From IMG/VR virus record IMGVR_UViG_3300003321_000545, positions 1-52,989 of that record: 52,989 bases of DNA; one strand, given 5' to 3'. Below, one piece after another: positions 41,312 through 49,690 of the stretch. The stretch's first letter is position 1. Every line of letters starts with the position of its first letter. Made by a program: the position numbers and the translations under genes. This stretch comes from a virus (Duplodnaviria; Caudoviricetes). The notes under the pieces are model-generated. The model saw nothing but the letters and a program-made list of their open reading frames with translations, ran no database searches and was not told the origin of the DNA.

Positions 41312-42949
41312 TTGCTCAATCTTTTTAATAGAATTGGTCGTGTTGAAAAATCTATATCAACATACAACCCTACTTTATCTGATCAATTGTTAGAGGAAGC
41401 ATATTTATACAAAAACTCTTTCCATTCATTTGTTAAGGGTGGTTGGCATGCTGTAGAAGGGGGAAGGCCATTTGTGGATGGTTGGCACCTTCATGCTATA
41501 TGCGAACATTTAGAAGCTGTTAAAAGCGGTCAAATAAAGATGCTTCTTATCAATCAGCCTCCGCGTACTATGAAATCTACCTCCGTATCCGTCATGTTTG
41601 TTCCTTGGTGTTGGATAGACGAACCTCACCTACAATTTCTATATCTTTCTTATGGTGAGCGTCTTTCAATGAAAGATAGCGTCAAATGTCGACGGGTGAT
41701 TAATTCCAACTGGTATCAAGAACGATTTGGTTATCAATACAAATTATCAAGTGACGTTAATACCAAACATAGATTTGATAATGATAAGACGGGTTACCGA
41801 ATATCCTCATCAATAGGAGGTATGGCAACCGGTGAGGGTGGTGACATAATTGTTGTAGATGACCCTAACAGTGCCGGAGATAGCGAATCACAAACAAAAA
41901 GAGATTTTACCAATGATTGGTGCGATCATACCCTTTCAACGCGTCTTAACGATTTAAAAACGGGACGTTCAATTATTGTTCAACAAAGGCTTCATACTCA
42001 AGATTATTCTGGACACCTTATTTCACAAGAACTACCTGACTTAGTACACCTTTATTTGCCCATGGAATTTGAGTCATCACGTAGGTGTATAACACTACCC
42101 CTTAAAAGTACGGGGGAATTGCCTTGGTGTGATCCCCGTAAAAATGAGGGGGAATTATTGTGGCCTGAAAGATTTGGTGAAAAAGAAGTTGAAAAACTGA
42201 AGAAAAAAATGGGTAGCGAATATATTGTGGCAGGACAATTGCAACAAAGACCTGCCCCAGCTGAGGGAGGTATAATTAAACAATCATGGTTTAAGACATG
42301 GAAACAACCTTCACCACCCAGACTCGAATTTGTACTCCAATCATGGGATACGGCCTATAGCACAACAGATAAGGCCGCTAAGAGTGCTTGTCTTACTCTG
42401 GGCGTGTTCAAAGATCAATATGATGTTTCACAGATCATATTATTAAGCCTTTGGAGTGATAGATTAGAAAATCCAGATGTCAGACGTATGATGATAAGAT
42501 TGGCTAAAAACTATTATGATGTTCAAACTGATAATCCAGTTCCTGAAGATTATATCTTAAGACCTGATATGATTTTAGTGGAAAATAAAGCTAATGGTGG
42601 ACCACTTATACAAGATTTGAATAGGGCGGGAATTATTTTAACTAGGTTTGATCCATTACACCAAGGTGGGGGAGATAAGACAGCACGTCTTAGAAAGGTA
42701 TCTCATATCATAGAAGCTGGCAAAATATGGTTACCTGCCCGTGGACCGTCATTTACATCTTTGAGACCTTATGCTTCAAAGTTTGTTAATGCTTGTATGG
42801 TATTTCCAAATGATGATGACTCAAGAGATATTGTAGACGCATTCAGCCAAGCCTTAATTAAATTAAGATTATCCGGTTGGATAGACCATCCTGATGATAC
42901 ATTCATTAGCGAAAACTATGATTTCAAGAAGAATGAGGCGTTGTATTGA
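41312..42949 (+). CDS. terL: Terminase large subunit
   Basis: LLINQPPRTMKS, IIVVDDP, QQRLH, QQRP, QSWDTA, VENKANG, DIVDAFSQAL. Confidence 0.93.
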   Translation: MLNLFNRIGRVEKSISTYNPTLSDQLLEEAYLYKNSFHSFVKGGWHAVEGGRPFVDGWHLHAICEHLEAVKSGQIKMLLINQPPRTMKSTSVSVMFVPWCWIDEPHLQFLYLSYGERLSMKDSVKCRRVINSNWYQERFGYQYKLSSDVNTKHRFDNDKTGYRISSSIGGMATGEGGDIIVVDDPNSAGDSESQTKRDFTNDWCDHTLSTRLNDLKTGRSIIVQQRLHTQDYSGHLISQELPDLVHLYLPMEFESSRRCITLPLKSTGELPWCDPRKNEGELLWPERFGEKEVEKLKKKMGSEYIVAGQLQQRPAPAEGGIIKQSWFKTWKQPSPPRLEFVLQSWDTAYSTTDKAAKSACLTLGVFKDQYDVSQIILLSLWSDRLENPDVRRMMIRLAKNYYDVQTDNPVPEDYILRPDMILVENKANGGPLIQDLNRAGIILTRFDPLHQGGGDKTARLRKVSHIIEAGKIWLPARGPSFTSLRPYASKFVNACMVFPNDDDSRDIVDAFSQALIKLRLSGWIDHPDDTFISENYDFKKNEALY

Positions 42950-42976
42950 TCATTGTTGATCAGAATAACTAATTAT

Positions 42977-43591
42977 TTAGTGTACTGTATTTATATTGTT
43001 ATCTTCTAATTGTTTTTCAATCATTGTATATCCTTGCGCCACATAAAACATTTCTCGAAGCTCCTCATACTGAGAAGAGATAAAAAAATTAAGGATATTT
43101 CTAATAGAGTTTATATCTTCAGGTGAAAAGTATCTCTTTCTTTGTACAAAACTGAGCATGAAAGAATACGAATTGAATAAGTCTTGAAGCATGATTGATA
43201 TAAAACAATAATCATCCCCAACCATGTCATAATCATCATTCTCTTCAAGGATATTTTCCAATTTATCTACCTGAAGCATTGCAAATGCAATTTTACCTAA
43301 CATGTGTGTTGAAATTTGTTGAATGGATAAACTCACAGGATTTTTTAAATTATTTTCTGTCACCTGATACAATATCACAAGTTCCGCAAATAAATGAGCT
43401 ATATGACTCCCAATTGTCTGTCCCACCTGTTTAACTTTGCTAATCAAAATAGAATACTCTTCATGATTAGACATATCAATTTTAATTTTAGGAAGGATGT
43501 GTCGGTGTTGATAAATTTCCCCACCAAATAATATTTTTTCTTCTTCTAATTGAGATTTTTTCTTAATTAATGAATCTAAATCAAATTTCAT
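42977..43591 (-). CDS. Helical hypothetical protein on the opposite strand between terL and portal
   Basis: 204-aa ORF filling the gap; start trimmed to ATG 43591. Confidence 0.6.
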   Translation of the reverse strand: MKFDLDSLIKKKSQLEEEKILFGGEIYQHRHILPKIKIDMSNHEEYSILISKVKQVGQTIGSHIAHLFAELVILYQVTENNLKNPVSLSIQQISTHMLGKIAFAMLQVDKLENILEENDDYDMVGDDYCFISIMLQDLFNSYSFMLSFVQRKRYFSPEDINSIRNILNFFISSQYEELREMFYVAQGYTMIEKQLEDNNINTVH

Positions 43592-43665
43592 ACGTAATCC
43601 TGTTGGTATATTCCTAAAATTATTGTAAAATTCTATACATATAACTATCTTATTATTGATGATTG

Positions 43666-45999
43666 ATGATGGAAACACAACCCCAAGAAGTTCTTTTCTC
43701 CGAAACATTGTATCAAGTGCCCTCTCTTATGGAACAATATAGAGGACAAGAATCTGAAGTGGAAGAAAAACCAAACTTCCCTGATGATCATGACGAAAAT
43801 CTAGCTTTCATATTAAAAGAACGCGCCCCAGGATTCCTTGCAAGGTTGGGTGCAAAAATATGTGAAGAAATAGATCAGGATCTAGAATCCCGTAAAGAAT
43901 GGGAAAATAACATCAAAGATAAGTTTGAGCAAATCGGATTAAAAGTGGAATATAGATCCTTCCCTTTTGATGGTGCTAGCGGTTCTTATTCACCCCTCAT
44001 GGCACAGGAAATTGTAAAATCCTATGCGATGACTGTTTCTGAGCTTTTGCCACAAGAAGGCCCAGCCAAAAACATTATTATGGGAGAGGTTACAGAAGAA
44101 TTAAAACAACGAGCTGATAAAATAGAGAATTTCTTCAACTATTATCTTCTCAATGAAATAGATTACTACGCTGATTTTGAAAAAATGCAAATGTGGAACA
44201 TATTTAGCGGAAGTGTGGTGAGAAAAGTCTATTATGATCCATTCCTTAAGAAGTTAAACACTAAATTTGTGACCCCTTATAATTTTATTGTTAACTACGA
44301 TACATCCGATCTTAAAAGCTGTTGGAGAATGACGGAAGTTATATCAATGGATAAGAGGGAAATATCCCAATTAATGCAAACGGGTGTATTTCTTGACATT
44401 AATCTCGAAAATTCAGAAGAAGACGAAGACAATTCGGTCATTAAAAGACAAGTTGATAAAACCGAAGGCATATCAAATCCAAACTATGAAAATAGAATCA
44501 ACGAAACATTCTATGAATGTCACATTTATCTGGATGATGAGGAATTATTTGAAACAGATGATGAACAGAATTCAGAGAATGAAAATGAAGAATCTTTAAT
44601 TGATAGCCAATATCGTCCTTATATCGTTAAAATTCACAAAACATCACAAAAAATAGTGGCTATACATAGAAATTGGGAAAAGGATACACCCTATGAAAGA
44701 AAAGAATATTACATTGATTATGGTTATATACCTGGCTTTGGTTTTTATAAGTTGGGAGCTGCTCATCTCATTGGTGGATTGAGTTCTACATCTACAACGC
44801 TTTTGCGCCAAACACTTGATGCAAATACATTATCAAATTTTCCGGCGGGTTTACGTGTAAAAGGAATGGTATCAGAAGATAATAATATACGTTTAGGACC
44901 TACGGAATTTAAAGAAGTCGATACTGGAGGGCTTCCTATTCAACAAGCCGTTATGACAATGCCTTATAGAGATCCATCACCTTTAATTAACGAGCTTAGA
45001 AAGGATTTAGAATCTTCAGGATCGATGATAATGGGAACGGCAACGACTCAACTTGCGGATGTCGTTCCCAATGCACCTGTAGGAACTACATTTGCATTAC
45101 TTGATAATCTTTTAGTTATTCAAAGCATCATAACACGAGCTTGTCGTAATTCAATGACAAGGGAATTCAGACTCATGTATCGACGTTTTTCAGAATATAT
45201 GAAAGATGTAGAATTTACCTTCTATAGATCGAATGGCCAATTTACCATTACAGGCGAAGATTTTACTGATTTAGTCTCAATCGAGCCTGTTGCAGATCCA
45301 CATATCACAACTAAATTACAAAGATTAATAAGAGCACAAACCATAAGAGACGCATCCTTACAAAGACCGGATCTTTATGATGCTTATGAATCAGAAAAAT
45401 ATTTTCTCAATGAATTAAAATTGCCAGATTCTCAGATTGATTTATTATTACCTGATAGGAAAAAAATTGATCCTCTTGATCCCATTACCGAAAATCAAAA
45501 TCTAATCATTGGAAAAGGTGCGAAGGCAGCTATAGAACAGGATCACTCAGCCCACATTTTGATACATCAAATGCTTCTTTCAATGCCAAATGCAAATCCT
45601 ATAACAGTAGAAGCAACAAATGCCCATATAGCAGAACATATGGCTCTAGGATATCAATTACAAATGCAGAATCTCATGGGCGGTATGATAATGCCTGAAG
45701 ATCGCCATGCAATTGATATGTCACAGCAAAATCAATTTGCTCAAATGGCTGCTATGGCTGTATCTCAATATCAATCTCAACAAGCTGCAAATCAACCACC
45801 ACCGCCAATCGATCCTTCTATGGTTCTTCTTGAAAAGGTTAAAGTTGAAGACAAAGCAATCGATCAAAGAGCCGATGCCGAAGATCTTAAAACACGTACT
45901 AAAGCATTTGAAGCTCAACTTGACTATGATGCTAAGATGAAAGAATTAGAACTTAAGAATAAAGAGCTTGAAGCTAAGATTGCATCTGGAAAAATTTAA
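43666..45999 (+). CDS. Portal protein
   Basis: D..SRKEWE...PFDGAS...ELLP..GP...RKVYYD...PGFGFY..G...LRQ.LDA..L.N.PAG...APVGTT.AL; position after terL. Confidence 0.85.
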   Translation: MMETQPQEVLFSETLYQVPSLMEQYRGQESEVEEKPNFPDDHDENLAFILKERAPGFLARLGAKICEEIDQDLESRKEWENNIKDKFEQIGLKVEYRSFPFDGASGSYSPLMAQEIVKSYAMTVSELLPQEGPAKNIIMGEVTEELKQRADKIENFFNYYLLNEIDYYADFEKMQMWNIFSGSVVRKVYYDPFLKKLNTKFVTPYNFIVNYDTSDLKSCWRMTEVISMDKREISQLMQTGVFLDINLENSEEDEDNSVIKRQVDKTEGISNPNYENRINETFYECHIYLDDEELFETDDEQNSENENEESLIDSQYRPYIVKIHKTSQKIVAIHRNWEKDTPYERKEYYIDYGYIPGFGFYKLGAAHLIGGLSSTSTTLLRQTLDANTLSNFPAGLRVKGMVSEDNNIRLGPTEFKEVDTGGLPIQQAVMTMPYRDPSPLINELRKDLESSGSMIMGTATTQLADVVPNAPVGTTFALLDNLLVIQSIITRACRNSMTREFRLMYRRFSEYMKDVEFTFYRSNGQFTITGEDFTDLVSIEPVADPHITTKLQRLIRAQTIRDASLQRPDLYDAYESEKYFLNELKLPDSQIDLLLPDRKKIDPLDPITENQNLIIGKGAKAAIEQDHSAHILIHQMLLSMPNANPITVEATNAHIAEHMALGYQLQMQNLMGGMIMPEDRHAIDMSQQNQFAQMAAMAVSQYQSQQAANQPPPPIDPSMVLLEKVKVEDKAIDQRADAEDLKTRTKAFEAQLDYDAKMKELELKNKELEAKIASGKI

Positions 46000-46006
46000 T
46001 TGCAGG

Positions 46007-46043
46007 GTGTGGGATATAACTTATTTATCATTATATCCCACAC
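46007..46043. terminator. Perfect 13-bp inverted repeat after portal
   Basis: GTGTGGGATATAA-N11-TTATATCCCACAC; no U-tract. Confidence 0.5.
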
Positions 46044-46303
46044 AGACTTGCATGAGTGATAGGAAGAATGCATAGGTAAACATAAAAACTATGCGCATCT
46101 TATCATGACAAGGAAAAGGTAATGAAATTTAAGATGTTTGTAATTCATTCCTATCGTCTCCGAATATAATAGTAAATTTATGAATTTGCAAAGATTTTTT
46201 ATATAAAATTTTAGCCATATGGTATCATTAATTTACAAGGAATGTCCTTGTACTTTAACAAATTATTTGTTGAAGAAATATTAATGTACGAAAGGTAAGT
46301 GTT

Positions 46304-46690
46304 ATGAACAAGCATCATCGTGAAGAGCATGAGAAAATGGGACGTCATCATGGACGTCATAGGGAAAAAAAGGCATCAGTAGGTCAACTACATAATGGGA
46401 ATGTGGCTAAGAATTACCCACATGCAAAATATGTAGGAATGACAAAAAAACATACAGATAGTTATTCTTCAGATTTTCCAGAGTTACACCGAGCACTCTG
46501 TGGGGATTATCCAACAACAAATATGGAAACTGTACGGGATACAAATAAGAGTATGCGTTATGCCTTAGAAGGTAAGGCACATGGCGGTCATATTAAACAT
46601 CATAAAAAGAATATGATGCATGAAAAACACAGCGGTAAGAAATTTGCTGCCGGTGGGGTTGGCAAAATCCGTCACGAAGCATATGATTAA
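46304..46690 (+). CDS. His/Lys-rich small protein, possible internal head protein
   Basis: Basic, His-rich; KAHGG and FAAGG motifs. Confidence 0.6.
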   Translation: MNKHHREEHEKMGRHHGRHREKKASVGQLHNGNVAKNYPHAKYVGMTKKHTDSYSSDFPELHRALCGDYPTTNMETVRDTNKSMRYALEGKAHGGHIKHHKKNMMHEKHSGKKFAAGGVGKIRHEAYD

Positions 46691-46809
46691 ATTATCTATA
46701 ATTATATAGATACGGGGATAAGGATTGTCTGCTACATGCAGTGTGATAGGAGTATTTATACATTCTATCCTAACTTATCCTCCTTTCATTTTTTAAATAG
46801 GAGTGTTTT

Positions 46810-47490
46810 ATGAAAAAGTTAGTTAGCAAAATATGTTTAATTATGACAGCGTTAATTATACCTGTTAAAGCGAATACAGGATTTTATATAGGTGCCGCAA
46901 TTGGTGGCGCAAATTTAAATGGTAAAAACCAATTATCTCTTCTAAGAAATAACAATGTATCTTCATTTACAACCCAAATGAGCAATACGGATGTGCATGT
47001 AGAAGCATTAGCTGGATATGGTCAATTTGTTGATAGTATATGGTTGGGCATTGAATCACATGTTGGAGTATCACCATTGGAAGCACAAGCATTTCTTGAC
47101 GCTTCTGGTATTAACAGTCGTCAAAAATTAAATGTTAAATCATATCATAAAGCGGGTATGGATTTTCATATAGGTTATGCATTACATCCAAAATCCAAAG
47201 CATATATTAAATTGGGTGGTGAAGTACGCAAATTTAGTCATGATTTCAATGCAACAAATCAACATGGTGATCCAGTTGCAAATCACAATAAAAGTTATTA
47301 TAGCGGTGCTTTTGTGTCTGGTCTTGGAGTCGAAACGGAAGTTAGTCCGCAGATTACCATAAGATCTGAATATAAGGTTGCAATACACCCAGAAAAATCA
47401 TTAGCTACAAGTATAAACACTAGCAAAACAACCTTGAAAACAAGACCCCATGTGCATCATTTTATGATTTCATTTATTCATAAAATATAA
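46810..47490 (+). CDS. Outer-membrane beta-barrel protein (8-stranded OmpA/Omp25-like)
   Basis: Signal peptide, TGFYIGAAIGG, LAGYG, WLGIE, IGY, AYIKLG, GLGVE, IRSEY strands. Confidence 0.8.
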   Translation: MKKLVSKICLIMTALIIPVKANTGFYIGAAIGGANLNGKNQLSLLRNNNVSSFTTQMSNTDVHVEALAGYGQFVDSIWLGIESHVGVSPLEAQAFLDASGINSRQKLNVKSYHKAGMDFHIGYALHPKSKAYIKLGGEVRKFSHDFNATNQHGDPVANHNKSYYSGAFVSGLGVETEVSPQITIRSEYKVAIHPEKSLATSINTSKTTLKTRPHVHHFMISFIHKI

Positions 47491-47547
47491 GTTGACGATA
47501 TGAACTATTAAAGAGTAATTTTTAATTGGTATCGTTGAATATGTGTG

Positions 47548-47581
47548 AAAGAGAAGCTTATCCCTTGAGCTTCTCTTTTTT
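47548..47581 (+). terminator. Rho-independent terminator, possibly bidirectional
   Basis: AAAGAGAAGCT-N9-AGCTTCTCTTTTTT. Confidence 0.7.
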
Positions 47582-47959
47582 ATTAGATACATTGTTTTCA
47601 TCAATAAATAATCCCTTATCTTTGAATTCATGATGTACATAAAATGATCTAGAAGGAGACTTGGGAATCATCATGCTTATATATTGTCTTCCAGTATTGT
47701 TATATTTTCTATTAGAAAGTCTGTATCCTGAATCATCTAAGCTTTTTTTGAAAAAAAATTTTTCTGGGTCACTATTGTCTACATAAATATCAATGTAATC
47801 ATTTGGAATAACTCCCCATTTTAAAAGGATCTCAGGGGGAAAACTAAAAATACGAAATGTTACATCCCTTCCTTTTATTGTATAGTTATTGTAAGAGACT
47901 CTGATGCTGTTTTGTTGAGGTCTCCTTCCTATTTTCTTTTCAACCTTAATAAAAGCCAT
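47558..47959 (-). CDS. Hypothetical protein downstream of the TA genes
   Basis: GGAG RBS; basic. Confidence 0.55.
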   Translation of the reverse strand: MAFIKVEKKIGRRPQQNSIRVSYNNYTIKGRDVTFRIFSFPPEILLKWGVIPNDYIDIYVDNSDPEKFFFKKSLDDSGYRLSNRKYNNTGRQYISMMIPKSPSRSFYVHHEFKDKGLFIDENNVSNKKEKLKG

Positions 47960-47969
47960 ATTGAATCTC

Positions 47970-48170
47970 CTATATCAAATTTTCATTATCAAAATGATCA
48001 TCTATAATCACATTCTGAAAACTCAACTTATTAACAGAATAACCAATAGGTTCTATCTTAAAATATGGCTTACCATCCTTTGTTACCACAATTGACTCTC
48101 CGTTTTGACAGGCGAGATCAATAAATTTATTAAAGTATTTAAAATCTTTGGTTGTCAATTGTAGCATCAT
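47970..48170 (-). CDS. Second Phd/YefM-family antitoxin-like protein
   Basis: DFK.F...ID.A...GESIVVTKDGKP..KIEP. Confidence 0.7.
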   Translation of the reverse strand: MMLQLTTKDFKYFNKFIDLACQNGESIVVTKDGKPYFKIEPIGYSVNKLSFQNVIIDDHFDNENLI

Positions 48171-48178
48171 TCATTCTC

Positions 48179-48574
48179 CTACATATAAATGCTTAAAACA
48201 TGGTCATAATCTAATATCTTTTTATCTCTCGTAAATAAGGTGGCATTTAAAACTCGAGCACTAGCAACAATAATTTGATCGCAAGGATCTCTGTGAAAAT
48301 TACCTGGTAAATTGTTAGATTCAATGAGGATTTCAGGTGTACAATTTAATAATGTAAATCCAGATTTCCTTAATGATTCATTCGTCCAGGTATCTAAATC
48401 AAAATTATATTCAATCCGATTTTTAATTTTTAATAGTGATAATTCCCATATGCTCAGAGGTGATATATATATTTTATCGAATTCTTGTAATCTTTCTTTT
48501 GAGCTGTCATCTATTGTTGGATCATCTACCATCAACCAAAAAAATACATGTGTATCTAATAGTGCTTTAGTCAT
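48179..48574 (-). CDS. vapC: VapC PIN-domain toxin
   Basis: LLDTHVFFW, SPLSIWE, HRDPCDQIIVASA, LFTRDKKI. Confidence 0.92.
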   Translation of the reverse strand: MTKALLDTHVFFWLMVDDPTIDDSSKERLQEFDKIYISPLSIWELSLLKIKNRIEYNFDLDTWTNESLRKSGFTLLNCTPEILIESNNLPGNFHRDPCDQIIVASARVLNATLFTRDKKILDYDHVLSIYM

Positions 48575-48845
48575 TTTTTTTCTTCATAAAGGGTTCAAAA
48601 TTTTCCCAATCTCCATTGCATTCAAAATCTTCAACCGGCTCTATAATATCACCCAACTGACGAGCAGTTCCTTTCATACAACCAAATGCTCTCTCCCATT
48701 TGTTTTTTGTTTGTGAAACTAAAGAAGTTAACTTCAAAATAGGATGTCCATGTTTAGTAATTATGATTTCTTCTCCATTATCAGAGATCATTTTCATTAA
48801 TTTAGCCGTATTATTTTGAAAATCTGTCGCTGTGATATGAACCAT
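48567..48845 (-). CDS. Phd/YefM-family antitoxin
   Basis: ITATDFQNN.AKL......GEEIIITKHGHPILKL...FGCMKG; overlaps vapC start. Confidence 0.88.
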   Translation of the reverse strand: MVHITATDFQNNTAKLMKMISDNGEEIIITKHGHPILKLTSLVSQTKNKWERAFGCMKGTARQLGDIIEPVEDFECNGDWENFEPFMKKKND

Positions 48846-48886
48846 TTTTATACTCCCTTCCTATAATTATATATATATTGAGTATA

Positions 48887-48953
48887 TATATACATAATTT
48901 ATATGGGTTTGTCAATTTTATCTATTGACAAGGTAATAAAAGGGAAACAAGAT
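48887..48953. promoter_or_regulatory. Back-to-back sigma70 promoters for the TA operon and the head-assembly operon
   Basis: TGTCAA 48910-48915 and TTGACA 48925-48930, each with a 17-bp spacer (to TATATA and CAAGAT). Confidence 0.6.
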
Positions 48954-48994
48954 GATTCATACAATTTTAAATAAATTATCTATGGAGTGTTATT

Positions 48995-49255
48995 ATGGAT
49001 AAGTATGAATCCCTTAAAACGAATTTTGAAAAATTACTAACAGATGCAATTGCAAGAGAGAATCAAAGACCTGTTGGTACATTCCAAAATAAGTATGAAA
49101 TGAATGAACATATGAAAATGTTAGAAGCATTAGGGGCCTGTCATACTTCCTTCAAGCAAGAATATGAAAAGTTAGATAATCAACAACCTACGCCTCCTGA
49201 ATCCATTTTAGAACCACAAGTTACAGACGCAGAAGTTGAAATCGTTTCAGCATAG
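48995..49255 (+). CDS. Hypothetical protein
   Basis: GGAG RBS; first gene of head-assembly operon. Confidence 0.6.
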   Translation: MDKYESLKTNFEKLLTDAIARENQRPVGTFQNKYEMNEHMKMLEALGACHTSFKQEYEKLDNQQPTPPESILEPQVTDAEVEIVSA

Positions 49256-49264
49256 GATAAAAGT

Positions 49265-49687
49265 ATGCAATCACATTTTTTTGATTTGCCTACAAATGAT
49301 ATTATTCGTGAAGTATTAGGCGAAAATCACCCTGTTCCTGTTGGGTGGCAAATTCTTATTCAAAACTTTAATTATGGCGATAATTTTATAAAAGAAGATG
49401 GGGAAATTTCTCTTCTTGAAAGGCCAGATATGACAAAAGAAAGCGATAACTACAGATTAAGTGTAGGTCGCATTCTAATGATTGGGAGTGCCGCATTTAA
49501 ACACGAATTTAAATTTAAAGATTGGGATGTAATACCAAAAGTTGGTGATTATGTCACATTTTATAAATATGAAGGAAGCTTTGCAAAATATAAAAATGTG
49601 GAATGCCAATGGCTGCAAGATGCACATATCATAGCAATTATCCCAGATCCAGCAACTTGTAATTATCACTCTTCAGTGGGGAATTAG
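49265..49687 (+). CDS. Divergent GroES-like co-chaperonin
   Basis: PVGWQILI...GRILMIG..AF...KVGDYVTF.KYEG...LQDAHIIAII. Confidence 0.72.
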   Translation: MQSHFFDLPTNDIIREVLGENHPVPVGWQILIQNFNYGDNFIKEDGEISLLERPDMTKESDNYRLSVGRILMIGSAAFKHEFKFKDWDVIPKVGDYVTFYKYEGSFAKYKNVECQWLQDAHIIAIIPDPATCNYHSSVGN

Positions 49688-49690
49688 TAT

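Noticed and set aside
48312-48716. 134-aa plus-strand ORF
   Set aside because: Antisense shadow of vapC and phd
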